NCBI GenBank assembly: GCA_017439555.1
Contig: JAFSIZ010000062.1
Coordinates: 19,010 to 83,009 of the forward strand
From: Oscillospiraceae bacterium
GTDB lineage: Bacteria; Bacillota; Clostridia; Oscillospirales; JAAYXM01
Direction: 5' to 3'
Length of the DNA: 64,000 nt
Shown here: one piece after another, positions 17,692 through 29,393 of the stretch
Layout: every line of letters begins with the position of its first letter
Position numbering within the stretch: position 1 is the first letter of the stretch
Notes under the pieces: model-generated
Databases searched by the model: none
The model's input: only the letters and a program-made list of their open reading frames with translations
Told to the model about the DNA's origin: nothing
Program-made: the position numbers and the translations under genes

Positions 17692-18740
17692 GATGCTTTT
17701 TCACTTATTTTCCCAAGCTGTGTTCCTGTGTAATATTTAAGAAGTATCTCTTCATAGTTTTTTCCTTCAAGAGCCATAGCACGTGCTCCGTATTGGCTCA
17801 TCCCGACTCCGTGACCGTAGCCGCGCGTTTTTATCTTCATTTTGCCGTCGTCATACCGTATTGTGAAGTTCGTCGAATTGAGCCCGAAGAGCGACCGCAC
17901 ATCACTTCCTTTGACTGAAACACCGGCAATATTTATGCTCTTTACCCCTCCTGCGTCCGAGCGTGAAATATTTGTAATCCAATTTTCGGGATTTATATCA
18001 AAGTCTGCCGCCGCATATTTTTTTAAAAATGTTTCCTTAAACTCAGCCGGTGCAAGCTCCTTTTCTTCCTCAAATCGCGGCGAAGCCTCTTCCCCCGGAC
18101 TTTCGACACTCACGAGATATGGCACATTGCCGCCCCAGACGTCCGCTGAATTTTCGGTTTTTCCTGCGCTTGTCGAATGAAACACTGCTGTTATCGGCTC
18201 TCCGTTGTATAATACAACCTCGCCGTCCGTGTCGCGGACTGCGCGCATTATCTTTGAGCTGTATTCCTCGGCTGACGTATCCCACGATGCCGCAAACGAA
18301 GCAAGCGGCTTATATGCCTTGCAATGCGAAGGATTGCTACATACTGCTGCGCCTCCGTGCTCCGCTGCAGGAGCAGCAGCTATCCTTTTCATTGTGTATG
18401 TACGCGCCGCAACAGCCTGCGCCTTCAATGCCTCATCGGGAAACAACGCCGGCATCTCCGCCGCAACCACGCCGCAGAGATATTCATCAAGCGGAATTTC
18501 TTCGATTTTCCCGTTGTTATTGAGCGTCACACCCACGGCCTTGTCCGAAAGGTTCTCTGCCTCTTTCTCGGGAGCAGCTGTCGGAATCGGCAGCTGTGGT
18601 ATATCCCCTTTCACATTATTCAACGCAAGGTAAGGTATAATATAGCTGAGTCCCCACAGACATATGCACATAATTATAAATCTTTTCAAACAAGCACACT
18701 TCCTTTCTTTTCTCACTGCCGCCTTTTGGCAAATAAACAT
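17685..18740 (-). CDS. spoIID: Stage II sporulation protein D (SpoIID lytic transglycosylase family)
   Basis: SpoIID blocks ALKAQAVAARTY, VFHSTSAGKTE and GHGVGMSQYGA, plus an N-terminal signal anchor. The start is uncertain: ATG 18740 has no SD, and TTG 18689 after AAAGGAAG would give MKRFIIM... Confidence 0.85.
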   Translation of the reverse strand: MFICQKAAVRKERKCACLKRFIIMCICLWGLSYIIPYLALNNVKGDIPQLPIPTAAPEKEAENLSDKAVGVTLNNNGKIEEIPLDEYLCGVVAAEMPALFPDEALKAQAVAARTYTMKRIAAAPAAEHGGAAVCSNPSHCKAYKPLASFAASWDTSAEEYSSKIMRAVRDTDGEVVLYNGEPITAVFHSTSAGKTENSADVWGGNVPYLVSVESPGEEASPRFEEEKELAPAEFKETFLKKYAAADFDINPENWITNISRSDAGGVKSINIAGVSVKGSDVRSLFGLNSTNFTIRYDDGKMKIKTRGYGHGVGMSQYGARAMALEGKNYEEILLKYYTGTQLGKISEKASS

Positions 18741-18801
18741 TGACTATTCAGCTGAAATAATATAAAATATAATAATATAATTATACTTAGGAGGCACAGA
18801 C

Positions 18802-20166
18802 ATGTCCGAAGCAATGTTTCGCGGTAGCGAAGCTTTTATTACCAAAGTATGCGAGGATGTCAGAAATAATAACCTCATAAATGCTGACAGCTTCAAAAAC
18901 CATCACATAAAACGCGGTCTCCGTAATCAGGACGGAACAGGTGTGCTCGCCGGTGTAACTGCAATCGGTAACGTCCGCGGTTACAGCATCATCGACGACG
19001 AGCGCGTCCCCTTTGAGGGTATCCTCACCTATCGCGGTATCAGCATAGAAGATATAATCAACGGAATCGACCAAGATGACCGTTTCGGTTTTGAGGAGGT
19101 CGCATATCTCCTTCTCATCGGAAAGCTCCCGACAAAGGATGAGCTTGCGGAATTCAACGAAATGCTTGCACATCATCGCCAGCTCCCTCACAATTTCACC
19201 GAGGATATGATAATCAAGGCGCCCAGTGCAAACATTATGAACAAGCTTGCGAGATCTGTTCTTGCGCTCTATTCGTTTGATCACAACGCAGACGACACCT
19301 CTCTTGAAAATATGATGCGCCAGTGTTTCGACCTTATCGCGCGCCTTCCGATCATAACTGCACAGGCATATCAGGTAAAGCGCCACTATTATGAAAACAA
19401 AAGTATGTATCTTCATGTTCCGCCGGACAATCTCTCTGCAGCTGAGATACTTCTCTATTGCATGCGTTCTGACCGCAAATATACAGACGAAGAGGCAAAG
19501 CTTCTCGACAAATGCCTCATTCTCCACGCAGAGCACGGCGGCGGTAATAACTCAGCCTTTACCTGCCGTGTCCTCTCCTCCTCCGGAACTGACACATATT
19601 CCGCAATAGCATCAGCTCTCTGCTCGCTCAAGGGTCCGCTCCACGGCGGCGCAAACCAGCAGGTTGTTGCTATGATGAAGGATATCGAGGCAAACGTCAG
19701 CAATTGGAAAAATGACGATGAAATTTCCGAATATCTTGCAAAAATCATCCGCAAAGAGGCAGGAGACAAAAGCGGAAAAATCTACGGTATGGGTCATGCC
19801 ATCTACACAATGTCTGACCCACGTGCCGTAATTCTCAAAAAACACGCAAAATCCCTTTGCGAAAAGCACGGCTTTCTCGACCGTTTTGAGCTTATCGAAG
19901 CAGTCGAGCGGCTTACTCCCGATGTTTTTCTCTCAGTCAAAGGCAACGACAAGCCCCTCTGTGCAAACGTTGACCTTTATTCAGGACTTGTTTATGAGAT
20001 GCTGGGCATACCGCTCGACCTCTACACACCGCTCTTTGCCGTTGCGCGCGTAGCAGGTCTTTGCGCCCACCGCATAGAAGAAGCAACAACAGGCGGCCGC
20101 ATTATCCGACCGGGTTATAAGTGTGTCTCCAAAAAGGGCGAATATCAGCCGCTCTCAAACAGATAA
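18802..20166 (+). CDS. Citrate synthase
   Basis: Citrate synthase family blocks HAEHGGGNNSAFT and GMGHAIYTMSDPRA. An AGGAGG SD lies 7 nt upstream. Confidence 0.85.
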   Translation: MSEAMFRGSEAFITKVCEDVRNNNLINADSFKNHHIKRGLRNQDGTGVLAGVTAIGNVRGYSIIDDERVPFEGILTYRGISIEDIINGIDQDDRFGFEEVAYLLLIGKLPTKDELAEFNEMLAHHRQLPHNFTEDMIIKAPSANIMNKLARSVLALYSFDHNADDTSLENMMRQCFDLIARLPIITAQAYQVKRHYYENKSMYLHVPPDNLSAAEILLYCMRSDRKYTDEEAKLLDKCLILHAEHGGGNNSAFTCRVLSSSGTDTYSAIASALCSLKGPLHGGANQQVVAMMKDIEANVSNWKNDDEISEYLAKIIRKEAGDKSGKIYGMGHAIYTMSDPRAVILKKHAKSLCEKHGFLDRFELIEAVERLTPDVFLSVKGNDKPLCANVDLYSGLVYEMLGIPLDLYTPLFAVARVAGLCAHRIEEATTGGRIIRPGYKCVSKKGEYQPLSNR

Positions 20167-20183
20167 TGGGTTTGGTGATTTCT

Positions 20184-20873
20184 ATGAAAAACAAACAGTT
20201 CTCGCTTTTATTTGCACTCCCCGTCACAACAGGCGTCTGCGGAGCTCTCCTCCGTGCAGCTCAACTCAAACACGCATACGATCCTGCAACGGGAGCTCTG
20301 CTCAGCAGCAATCCAATAAGCTATGGCCTTATCGTCGTTTGCTTTATCGCTTTTATTATGGCCGCGCTTGCTGCTTTTCTCTGCAAGAACGGCACCGAGT
20401 TTGAAGGCGACAAACATTCTGCACTGTCGATGCTTTCATCATCTGTCGCAGCAGTGTTCATACTTGCCTATGCAGGTCTTCTTTTCTTCTCGCTCGCAGA
20501 AACCTTTGAGGTGACGAAGCTCATTCTCGCTCTTTTTTCGGTATATTGCTCAGTTTCCCTCATCGCTATGGGAAAATATCGTTTTGCTGAAAGAGACAGC
20601 AGTGCCTATTGCATTTTTGCAGCTGTACCTGTTTTCTGGGCGTGCTTTGTGCTTATCCTCACATTCCGTGAAAAGATATCAGATCCGATAATCGCAAACT
20701 ACGTCCCGCTTATTCTCGCATATATCCTCATTCTGTTTTACGCATATGGCGTTGCAGCGCACATTCTTGGGCGAAAAAAGAATACAGTCACCGTATTCTC
20801 CTGCTTTTCGGTATATTTTTCATCATCACACAGCTTCTTGCGCCGCTCTTTGCTGCAGGTCATATTCCCATAG
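20184..20873 (+). CDS. Multi-pass membrane protein, function unknown; the 3-prime end appears frameshifted at an A6 run (see findings)
   Basis: Five to six hydrophobic helices. An alternative start is ATG 20166, which overlaps the citrate synthase stop (TAATG). After 20779 the -1 frame, not the annotated frame, continues as plausible TM sequence to TAA at 20957-20959. Confidence 0.6.
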   Translation: MKNKQFSLLFALPVTTGVCGALLRAAQLKHAYDPATGALLSSNPISYGLIVVCFIAFIMAALAAFLCKNGTEFEGDKHSALSMLSSSVAAVFILAYAGLLFFSLAETFEVTKLILALFSVYCSVSLIAMGKYRFAERDSSAYCIFAAVPVFWACFVLILTFREKISDPIIANYVPLILAYILILFYAYGVAAHILGRKKNTVTVFSCFSVYFSSSHSFLRRSLLQVIFP

Positions 20874-20982
20874 ATCTCCGCTGGCTTGAAGAAAGTCTCC
20901 CGCTTCTTGCTTTCCTTTTCTTTATGCCCGGAACTGTGGCGCAAATCATCAAAAAGTAATTTATCAGGAAGGACTGTTCTAA

Positions 20983-21711
20983 TTGGCAGAAGGACATCGC
21001 GACAGAGTCAGAAACCGTTTTACGGAAGAAAACATTGATACTATCCCCGAATATATTGTTCTGGAGAAAATTCTTCACGGCGTAATTCCGAGGGTTGACA
21101 CAAGCGCAGCTGCGCGAACACTGATATCGGAGTTCGGGTCGCTCGCACGCGTTATCGACGCGCCGCCCCATGAGCTCCAGCGTATTCCCGGAGTCGGCCC
21201 GGCAGCCGTATCATTTTTAAAAAGCCTGCCGCTTTTTTATCGAAAATACGTGCAGAGCAAATGGGGTGCTCACCACGTTTTCACAAACTATGAGGATATA
21301 GCTCAGTATATGGAAGAGCGTCTCATCGGCTATGAAAATGAAGCAGTTGTTGTTATGTGTCTCGATTCACACTTCAAGCTTCTTTGCTGCAAAGCAATCT
21401 TTGAAGGCTCAATCAATTCTGTGGAGATAAGCGTGCGCAAAGTCGTCGATTATGCAATATCTTCAAAGGCTTCTCGCATCGTGCTTGCCCACAATCATCT
21501 CTGTGATGATTCTTATCCTTCGCGCGATGATATCAACACCACAAAAATGATTTACAACTCGCTTTCGCCGATGAACATCGCAATAGATGATCATTACATC
21601 TGCGCTCCGAACAGCCGTTCTTCTATGCGTGCGCTCAATCTTATGCCCGATCAGCTTGCCAAGAAAAAGCAGGAGGCAGAAGATCAAGCTTCCGATGACT
21701 CTGAATCATAA
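20983..21711 (+). CDS. radC: RadC-family JAB/MPN domain protein
   Basis: N-terminal HRDRVRNRF plus a helix-hairpin-helix (LQRIPGVGPAAV). The C-terminal JAMM motif HNH-x7-S-x2-D is intact (AHNHLCDDSYPSRDD). TTG start, 9 nt after AGGAAGGA. Confidence 0.8.
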   Translation: MAEGHRDRVRNRFTEENIDTIPEYIVLEKILHGVIPRVDTSAAARTLISEFGSLARVIDAPPHELQRIPGVGPAAVSFLKSLPLFYRKYVQSKWGAHHVFTNYEDIAQYMEERLIGYENEAVVVMCLDSHFKLLCCKAIFEGSINSVEISVRKVVDYAISSKASRIVLAHNHLCDDSYPSRDDINTTKMIYNSLSPMNIAIDDHYICAPNSRSSMRALNLMPDQLAKKKQEAEDQASDDSES

Positions 21712-21718
21712 AACCTTT

Positions 21719-21760
21719 AAACCTTTGCTTTGAAATAAACATTTCAGGCAAAGGTTTTTC
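21719..21760 (+). terminator. Rho-independent terminator after radC
   Basis: Long hairpin AACCTTTGC...GCAAAGGTT followed by TTTT. Confidence 0.75.
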
Positions 21761-21831
21761 ATTTACTTTTTAAGCTTTTTTTGTTATAATATAATGTTGT
21801 GATAATTTCCGACATAAAAGGAATTTTAGCT

Positions 21832-23418
21832 ATGATAAGAATAGGTAACTTAAAGCTTTCGCTCGATGACAGCGAAACGCTTCTCACAAAAAAAGCGGCG
21901 CGCGCTCTCGGGGTTTCCCCACGCGATATAAAGTCGCTTCATATCGTTAAAAAGGCCGTTGATGCAAGGGACAAGAAAGACGTTCATTTCGTCTTCTCTG
22001 TCGATGTCGCAATCTCCGGCGACGAACAAAAAACCGTTAAAAAGCTCAGGCGCGGCGATATAACAATCAAACCGAACGAAGACTTCTGCCCGAAAATCGC
22101 GCCGACAGCTCCGGCAAAACGCCCGGTTGTCATCGGTGCAGGCCCTGCAGGGCTCTTCGCGGCTTTGACGCTTGCAAAACAAGGTGCACGCCCGATTCTC
22201 ATTGAGCGCGGCGAGCCTGTCGAAGAACGCGCAAAGACTGTCAGACGGTTCTGGCAAGCAGGCAAGCTTGACACATCATCAAACGTACAGTTCGGTGAAG
22301 GCGGAGCAGGTGCTTTTTCTGACGGTAAACTCAACTCCGGCACACACGACAGGCGGCGTTTCGAGGTTTTCCGCACCTTTGTTGAACACGGCGCTCCTCC
22401 TGAGATTATGTATATCAGAAACCCACATATCGGCTCTGATAATCTGCCGCGCGTTGTTTCAGGCATACGTGAACAGATAAAGTCACTCGGCGGCGATGTA
22501 TATTTCAAACATACACTCGCGAATATAAAGACAAAAGACGGCCGTGTTATTGCCATCACTTGCCTCACATCGGGCGGAGAGGTTACTTTCGAGACAGATG
22601 ATGTTGTCCTTGCCGTCGGACATTCGGCACGCGATGTTTTCTCGATGCTTCTTAATATGAACGTTGATATGGAGCAAAAGCCGTTTTCGATGGGAGTACG
22701 CATAGAGCATCTGCAGAGTGATATAGATAAATGCCGCTATGGTGAATTTGCAGGGCACAAAGCGCTTGGTGCCGCAGATTACAAGCTCTCAAACCGATAC
22801 CCTAACGGCCGCGCAGCATATACCTTCTGTATGTGCCCCGGAGGAGAGGTTATTAATGCGTCCAGTGAAGAAGGCGGCCTCGTTACCAACGGAATGAGCC
22901 TTTACGCGCGCAACAAAGCCAACGCGAACAGCGCCTTGCTTGTCAATGTCCTTCCTGAGGATTTCGGCGGCGATTCCCCGATTGCAGGGGTCGAGCTTCA
23001 GCGCAGAATCGAGTGTGCGGCATTTGCGCTCGGTGGCGGTGACTGGAGCGCACCGGCACAGACTGTCGAAGGCTTTCTAACAGGAAGAAAAACCGGATTT
23101 GGCAAAATACACCCAAGCTTTCTGCCCGGCGTCTGCGAAAAAAATATATCGGAGATCTTTCCCGACTATATAAACGAAACACTCCGCGCAGGTCTTTCCG
23201 GCTTTTCGCGCCTCATCTCTGCTTTCCGTGACGGAGAAGCAGTTCTGACTGCTCCCGAAACGCGTTCCTCCTCTCCGGTAAGAATCAACCGTGACGAAAA
23301 AATGCAAAGCTCTCTCCGCGGGCTTTACCCGTGCGGCGAGGGTGCAGGCTATGCCGGAGGAATTCTTTCCTCCGCGGTTGACGGCATCCGCGTTGCGGAG
23401 GCAGTTCTTAAAATCTGA
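21832..23418 (+). CDS. FAD-dependent oxidoreductase (COG2509-type, function unknown)
   Basis: Dinucleotide-binding motif VVIGAGPAGLFAAL. The overall length and the N-terminal MIRIGNLKLSLD are typical of this family. Start at ATG 21832, after AAAGGAA. Confidence 0.75.
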   Translation: MIRIGNLKLSLDDSETLLTKKAARALGVSPRDIKSLHIVKKAVDARDKKDVHFVFSVDVAISGDEQKTVKKLRRGDITIKPNEDFCPKIAPTAPAKRPVVIGAGPAGLFAALTLAKQGARPILIERGEPVEERAKTVRRFWQAGKLDTSSNVQFGEGGAGAFSDGKLNSGTHDRRRFEVFRTFVEHGAPPEIMYIRNPHIGSDNLPRVVSGIREQIKSLGGDVYFKHTLANIKTKDGRVIAITCLTSGGEVTFETDDVVLAVGHSARDVFSMLLNMNVDMEQKPFSMGVRIEHLQSDIDKCRYGEFAGHKALGAADYKLSNRYPNGRAAYTFCMCPGGEVINASSEEGGLVTNGMSLYARNKANANSALLVNVLPEDFGGDSPIAGVELQRRIECAAFALGGGDWSAPAQTVEGFLTGRKTGFGKIHPSFLPGVCEKNISEIFPDYINETLRAGLSGFSRLISAFRDGEAVLTAPETRSSSPVRINRDEKMQSSLRGLYPCGEGAGYAGGILSSAVDGIRVAEAVLKI

Positions 23419-23441
23419 CAGTAAAGGAAGTTCCATCACCA

Positions 23442-24572
23442 ATGACAACCGAAACAGCCCCGAAAATGCATTTGAAAATTCTCGGATTTCTGAAAGAAAA
23501 TATAGTTATGTGCATCGCCTTTGCGGCCGCAATCATAACAAGCCTCATCGTTCCCATCGACCGCGAATATATCGGATATTTTGATTTCAAAACGCTGACC
23601 TGCCTTTTCTGTGTGCTTGCAGTTGTATGCGCATTGCGAAACATAAACTTCTTCTATGTTCTCGCCAGAGAGGTTGTCTGCATCTTTAAAAACGCGCGGA
23701 TGAGCGTGCTTGTTCTTGTCTATATCACATTTATCGGCTCGATGTTTATCGCAAACGATATGGCACTTCTGACATTCCTGCCGCTGGGATATTTCGTCCT
23801 TACAGCAACAAACAAAACAGAGTATATGTCCTTCACCTTTGTTATGCAGAACATAGCCGCAAACCTCGGTGGAATGCTCACTCCGTTCGGAAATCCTCAG
23901 AATCTTTATCTCTATACAAAATTCGCCATTCCGACAGGCGAGTTTATGCAGATAATGTTCCCTCCGTTTATTCTTTCGGTGCTTCTTATAACGATATGCT
24001 GTATAATTTTCGTTAAGCCTGATCCGCTTTTTTTGTGTTACACAAAGACGCCGCTTGATCCTAAGCGCACAATTCTTTATCTGGCTCTTTTTGCCCTTTC
24101 AATTGTTATTGTCTTCCGAGTCATTCCGTATCAGCTCGGGCTTGTGATTATCCCGGCAGTACTTCTCTTTGTTGACAGAAAGGCCTTGAAAGCCGTCGAT
24201 TACCCCCTTCTTCTGACATTCGTATTTTTCTTTGTCTTTGCAGGAAATATGGCAAGAATCCCTGCTGTAAATTCGCTGTTCTCTGCTCTTCTTGAAAAGA
24301 GTACACTTCTTTCCTCCATCCTCTCCTGTCAGGTTATAAGCAACGTCCCCTCTGCCATTCTTCTTTCTCAGTTCACAAACGACTATCCAAACCTTCTCGT
24401 AGGTGTCAACATCGGCGGCACGGGTACGCTTATTGCATCACTTGCAAGCCTTATAACCTTCCGTGAATATCTTAAGCATAATCCGAGACGCGCGAAGCAT
24501 TATATTCTTGTATTCTCCGTATTCAATTTCAGTTTTCTTGCAATTCTTACGGCATTTATGTATATCATTTAA
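23442..24572 (+). CDS. Anion/citrate-transporter-like permease (ArsB/NhaD / CitMHS superfamily)
   Basis: 376 aa, about 10 TM helices, and a GNPQN motif typical of this permease superfamily. The substrate is unknown. Confidence 0.65.
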   Translation: MTTETAPKMHLKILGFLKENIVMCIAFAAAIITSLIVPIDREYIGYFDFKTLTCLFCVLAVVCALRNINFFYVLAREVVCIFKNARMSVLVLVYITFIGSMFIANDMALLTFLPLGYFVLTATNKTEYMSFTFVMQNIAANLGGMLTPFGNPQNLYLYTKFAIPTGEFMQIMFPPFILSVLLITICCIIFVKPDPLFLCYTKTPLDPKRTILYLALFALSIVIVFRVIPYQLGLVIIPAVLLFVDRKALKAVDYPLLLTFVFFFVFAGNMARIPAVNSLFSALLEKSTLLSSILSCQVISNVPSAILLSQFTNDYPNLLVGVNIGGTGTLIASLASLITFREYLKHNPRRAKHYILVFSVFNFSFLAILTAFMYII

Positions 24573-24591
24573 CGAAAGCGAGGTGTCCGGC

Positions 24592-26553
24592 TTGGACGAA
24601 ACAAAAGCATTTAAAATCGTTTCCGAATATAAGCCTGCAGGCGACCAGCCGGCAGCGATAGATTCTCTTTCCGGTGGCATTGATCTCGGATTGTCCGAGC
24701 AGACGCTTCTCGGTGTCACCGGCTCAGGAAAAACCTTTACAATGGCAAACATCATCGAGCGTGTGCAGAAGCCGACACTTGTGCTTGCACACAATAAAAC
24801 GCTCGCAGCACAGCTGTGTTCAGAGCTTAAAGCGTTTTTCCCTGATAACGCAGTTGAATATTTCGTTTCATATTTTGATTATTATCAGCCTGAGGCGTAT
24901 ATCCCTCACACTGACACTTATATAGAAAAGGACTCTTCGACAAACGAAGAAATCGACAGGCTGCGCCACAGCGCCACGGCATCGCTCGGTGAGCGCCGCG
25001 ATGTTATCATCGTTGCCAGTGTTTCCTGTATATACGGTCTCGGCGACCCTATCGACTATTCCAGCATGGTAATCTCACTTCGCCCGGGAATGACGAGAGA
25101 GCGCGATGACGTTATACGAAAGCTTATCGAAATACGCTATGAACGCAACGATGTTGCATTCGAGCGAAACAAATTCCGCGTGCGCGGAGACACACTTGAG
25201 GTATTCCCCGTCTACTCCAACGACACGGGAATCAGAATAGAATTCTTCGGCGATGAGGTTGACAGGATATGTGAGATAAACATCGTCACGGGGTCAGTCA
25301 AGCGCGAGCTTTCACACGTCGCGATATATCCTGCATCACACTATGTATCGACACCCGAGAAGATGGCAAAGGCGTGTAACGAGATAATCGATGAAATGGA
25401 GCTCTGCGTCAAGGAATTTGAAGAAGACGGAAAGCTACTCGAGGCTCAAAGGCTTCGCCAGCGCACGCAATATGATGTAGAAATGATGCAGGAGCTCGGA
25501 TACTGCACAGGCATCGAAAACTATTCCAGGATCATAAGCGGCAGAGCGCCGGGTTCAGCACCGTTCACTCTTATGGACTATTTCCCTGACGATTTTTTGC
25601 TCATCGTCGACGAATCGCACGTAACGCTTCCGCAGGTCCGCGGAATGTATGCCGGTGACCGTGCAAGAAAGGAAGTCCTCGTCAAATACGGCTTCAGACT
25701 TCCGAGCGCATTTGACAACAGGCCGCTCAATTTTTCGGAATTCGAAAACCATATAAACCAGGTCATCTACGTTTCTGCAACTCCCGGAGATTATGAACGC
25801 GAACGTTCGGCGCAGATCGTCGAACAGCTTATCCGCCCGACAGGGCTTCTCGACCCGGAGGTCGAGGTGCGCGGAACCGAAGGGCAGATAGATGACCTCA
25901 TCGGAGAAATAAACGCGCGCATCGAAAACCGTGAACGTGTGCTCGTCACAACGCTCACAAAAAAAATGGCAGAGGATCTGACTGCCTATCTCGAACGCGC
26001 CGGAATAAAGGTCAAATATCTTCATCACAACGTTGAAACAATCGAACGAATGGAAATCATCCGCGATCTTCGCCTTGGAACATTCGATGTTCTCGTCGGA
26101 ATCAACCTATTGAGAGAAGGTCTTGATATTCCCGAGGTCTCGCTTGTTGCAATACTGGACGCCGATAAGGAAGGCTTTCTCCGAAGCGAAACCTCCCTCA
26201 TTCAGACGATGGGTCGAGCCGCCAGAAACGATCACGGCAAGGTTATAATGTATGCCGACAATATGACAGGCTCGATGCAGCGCGCGATAGACGAAACACT
26301 CCGCCGCCGCACGCTTCAGGCAAAATATAACGAAGAGCACGGAATCGTGCCGAAAACGATTAAAAAGGACGTCGCAGAGCTCCTCGAAATCTCCAGAGAT
26401 GCAAGCGAAGTCAAGAAAGAAAAGCTCACAAAGGCAGAGCGCGACGAAATGATCAAAAAGCTTGAGCGTGATATGCGCGAGGCTTCAAGAATGCTTGAAT
26501 TCGAATACGCCGCAATGCTCCGCGACAGAATAATTGAGCTTCGAGGTATGTAA
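24592..26553 (+). CDS. uvrB: Excinuclease ABC subunit B
   Basis: [18 protein letters not shown]-terminus, Walker [15 protein letters not shown] box, and the C-terminal UVR motif ([13 protein letters not shown]). TTG start at 24592, 6 nt after GAGGTG; the longer track ORF from 24463 overlaps the permease. Confidence 0.95.
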   Translation: MDETKAFKIVSEYKPAGDQPAAIDSLSGGIDLGLSEQTLLGVTGSGKTFTMANIIERVQKPTLVLAHNKTLAAQLCSELKAFFPDNAVEYFVSYFDYYQPEAYIPHTDTYIEKDSSTNEEIDRLRHSATASLGERRDVIIVASVSCIYGLGDPIDYSSMVISLRPGMTRERDDVIRKLIEIRYERNDVAFERNKFRVRGDTLEVFPVYSNDTGIRIEFFGDEVDRICEINIVTGSVKRELSHVAIYPASHYVSTPEKMAKACNEIIDEMELCVKEFEEDGKLLEAQRLRQRTQYDVEMMQELGYCTGIENYSRIISGRAPGSAPFTLMDYFPDDFLLIVDESHVTLPQVRGMYAGDRARKEVLVKYGFRLPSAFDNRPLNFSEFENHINQVIYVSATPGDYERERSAQIVEQLIRPTGLLDPEVEVRGTEGQIDDLIGEINARIENRERVLVTTLTKKMAEDLTAYLERAGIKVKYLHHNVETIERMEIIRDLRLGTFDVLVGINLLREGLDIPEVSLVAILDADKEGFLRSETSLIQTMGRAARNDHGKVIMYADNMTGSMQRAIDETLRRRTLQAKYNEEHGIVPKTIKKDVAELLEISRDASEVKKEKLTKAERDEMIKKLERDMREASRMLEFEYAAMLRDRIIELRGM

Positions 26554-26555
26554 TT

Positions 26556-29381
26556 ATGAATAAATCTATTTATGTTAAAGGCGCAAGAGAACACAATTTA
26601 AAAAACATCGATATCGAAATCCCACGCGACAGTCTTGTCGTTGTAACAGGGCTTTCAGGCTCAGGTAAATCAAGCCTCGCCTTTGACACAATCTATGCAG
26701 AGGGGCAGCGCAGATATGTAGAATCGCTCTCATCCTATGCAAGAATGTTTCTCGGCCGTATGGAAAAGCCGGATGTCGACTATATTGACGGCCTTTCTCC
26801 TGCTATATCAATAGACCAGAAAACAACATCAAAAAATCCGCGCTCGACAGTCGGCACGGTTACTGAAATTTATGACTATCTGCGCCTTCTGTGGGCGCGT
26901 GTCGGCACACCTCATTGCCCTGCATGCGGAAAGGTTATTGAACAGCAAACGGTTGATCAGATATGCGACCGCATAATGTCACTTTCTGAAGGAACAAAAT
27001 TCCAGATTCTTGCACCTGTTGTCAGAAGCCGCAAGGGTGAACACGAAAAATTATTTGAAAGCGCGAAAAAATCCGGCTATGTCCGCGCAAGGGTTGACGG
27101 CAACATTTATGACCTCTCCGAAGACATAAAGCTTGAAAAGAATAAAAAGCACAACATTGAAATAATCATCGACCGCCTTGTGATAAAGAGCGGTATTGAA
27201 ACACGCCTTACGGACTCAATCGAAACTGCTTCGGGGCTTTCGGGCGGTATTATTCTCGTCGATATCATAGGCGGAGAAGAGCTTATGTTCTCGCAGAACT
27301 ATGCCTGCGATGACTGTGGAATAAGCATTGAGGAGCTTACTCCGAGAATGTTCTCGTTCAACAACCCCCACGGTGCGTGTCCCGATTGCTCCGGTCTCGG
27401 TACGCTTTTAAAGGTCGATCCTGATATGATTATTCCTGACAAGACAAAATCCATTCTCGAAGGCGCAATCCACGCCTCAGGCTGGACCAACGCAACGCCG
27501 GGTTCGATCTGCAGAATGTATTATGACGGCCTTGCAAAGCACTATGGCTTTGATCTTGCGACGCCAATAGGCGAAATTCCAGAGAAGGCTTATAACGCCC
27601 TGCTCTATGGCACAGGCGGCGAAAAAATACCGCTTCATTATGACAAATCCTATGGCAAGGGCGACTACACTCAGGCGTGGGAGGGGCTTATCTCAAACCT
27701 CGAGCGCAGATATCACGAAACCGCAAGCGAATATTCAAAAGCCGAAATTGAGGAGTGTATGATAAGCACTCCCTGCAAAACCTGCGGTGGAAAAAGGCTG
27801 CGTCGCGAAGCGCTTGCCGTAACCGTCGGCAACATCAATATTGCCGAAATGTGTGACATGTCGGTTGTCGAAGCACTTGATTTTATAAACAGCGTAGAAA
27901 AATCCCTCACTCCGCGCGAAATAAAAATCGCGGAGCTCATTCTCCGCGAAATCAAAGCACGTCTCGGATTTCTCAAGAGCGTCGGGCTTTCATATCTCAC
28001 GCTTTCGCGTTCAGCAGGAACTCTCTCCGGTGGTGAAAGCCAGCGCATACGCCTCGCAACACAGATAGGAGCCTCGCTTATGGGCGTGCTCTATATTCTG
28101 GACGAGCCCTCTATCGGGTTGCATCAGCGCGACAATGACAAATTACTCGCAACGCTTCGCCAGCTCCGCGACCTCGGCAACACGCTCATCGTCGTTGAGC
28201 ACGATGAGGACACTATGCGCGCCGCAGATTTCATCGTTGACGTCGGCCCCGGTGCAGGCGTTCACGGCGGCGAAATCGTCGCTGCAGGCTCAATTTCCGA
28301 TATTATTGCTGAAAAAAGCTCCATCACAGGCCAGTATCTCTCGGGCAAAAAGAAGATACCCGTGCCGACAGAGCGCAGAAAGGGAAACGGCAAATCCATA
28401 AGGATAATCGGTGCAAGCGAAAACAACCTCAAGAACATTGATGTCGAAATTCCGCTTGGCAAGTTCACCTGTATCACAGGCGTTTCCGGCTCAGGCAAAT
28501 CATCGCTTACAAACGAAATCCTATACAAATATCTCGCAGCAAAATTAAACGGTGCGAAGACTCATCCCGGCAAGTTTGAAAAATTCGAAGGCATCGAATA
28601 TCTTGATAAGATAATCGATATTGACCAATCGCCGATAGGACGCACGCCGCGCTCAAATCCTGCAACGTATACAGGCGTATTCAACGACATCCGCACGCTC
28701 TTTGCAATGAGTCCCGATGCGAAAATGCGCGGCTATACGAGCAGCCGCTTTTCCTTCAACGTCAAAGGCGGAAGATGTGAGGCCTGTTGCGGTGACGGCG
28801 TTAATAAAATCGAGATGCACTTCTTACCTGACATCTATGTCACCTGCGACGTCTGCCACGGCAAGCGCTATAACCGTGAAACCCTTGAGGTCAGATATAA
28901 AGGCAAGAATATATTCGACGTGCTCGATATGACCTGTGAGGAGGCATATGAGTTTTTCAAAAACGTGCCGAAGATTGCACGCAAGATAAAGACACTCAAT
29001 GATGTCGGCCTTGGTTATATAAAACTCGGTCAGGCCTCCACAACCTTGTCCGGAGGTGAGGCACAGCGAGTCAAGCTCGCAACCGAGCTCTCACGCAGAA
29101 GCACCGGCAAGACGATATATATCCTCGACGAGCCGACAACCGGGCTTCACGTCGCGGATGTCCACAAGCTCATTGATATGCTCTCGCTCCTTGCCGATGC
29201 AGGCAATACCGTTGTTGTAATCGAGCACAATCTCGATGTTATAAAGACTGCCGACCACGTTATCGACCTCGGACCTGAAGGGGGCGACGGCGGCGGCACT
29301 ATCGTTGCTACCGGTACACCCGAGGAGGTTGCGGAATGTCCCGAATCTTACACAGGCCACTACCTCAAAAACGTTCTGTAA
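26556..29381 (+). CDS. uvrA: Excinuclease ABC subunit A
   Basis: 941 aa. Two ABC modules (GLSGSGKSS and [17 protein letters not shown] and LSGGEAQR) and zinc-finger cysteines. Confidence 0.95.
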   Translation: MNKSIYVKGAREHNLKNIDIEIPRDSLVVVTGLSGSGKSSLAFDTIYAEGQRRYVESLSSYARMFLGRMEKPDVDYIDGLSPAISIDQKTTSKNPRSTVGTVTEIYDYLRLLWARVGTPHCPACGKVIEQQTVDQICDRIMSLSEGTKFQILAPVVRSRKGEHEKLFESAKKSGYVRARVDGNIYDLSEDIKLEKNKKHNIEIIIDRLVIKSGIETRLTDSIETASGLSGGIILVDIIGGEELMFSQNYACDDCGISIEELTPRMFSFNNPHGACPDCSGLGTLLKVDPDMIIPDKTKSILEGAIHASGWTNATPGSICRMYYDGLAKHYGFDLATPIGEIPEKAYNALLYGTGGEKIPLHYDKSYGKGDYTQAWEGLISNLERRYHETASEYSKAEIEECMISTPCKTCGGKRLRREALAVTVGNINIAEMCDMSVVEALDFINSVEKSLTPREIKIAELILREIKARLGFLKSVGLSYLTLSRSAGTLSGGESQRIRLATQIGASLMGVLYILDEPSIGLHQRDNDKLLATLRQLRDLGNTLIVVEHDEDTMRAADFIVDVGPGAGVHGGEIVAAGSISDIIAEKSSITGQYLSGKKKIPVPTERRKGNGKSIRIIGASENNLKNIDVEIPLGKFTCITGVSGSGKSSLTNEILYKYLAAKLNGAKTHPGKFEKFEGIEYLDKIIDIDQSPIGRTPRSNPATYTGVFNDIRTLFAMSPDAKMRGYTSSRFSFNVKGGRCEACCGDGVNKIEMHFLPDIYVTCDVCHGKRYNRETLEVRYKGKNIFDVLDMTCEEAYEFFKNVPKIARKIKTLNDVGLGYIKLGQASTTLSGGEAQRVKLATELSRRSTGKTIYILDEPTTGLHVADVHKLIDMLSLLADAGNTVVVIEHNLDVIKTADHVIDLGPEGGDGGGTIVATGTPEEVAECPESYTGHYLKNVL

Positions 29382-29393
29382 GGATGTGATTTT

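Noticed and set aside
17630-18740. spoIID and the M42 triplet as one sporulation-controlled operon
   Set aside because: They are co-oriented with only a 54-nt gap and no terminator hairpin. However, the gap contains an extended -10-like element (TGcTATACT), and I could not recognise a sigma-E promoter upstream of spoIID. Co-transcription is neither supported nor excluded.
20983-21711. RadC with a degenerate (inactive) JAMM motif
   Set aside because: The usual HNHPSG is replaced by HNHLCD. On counting, however, the H-x-H-x7-S-x2-D spacing is intact (HNH-LCDDSYP-S-RD-D), so there is no evidence of inactivation.
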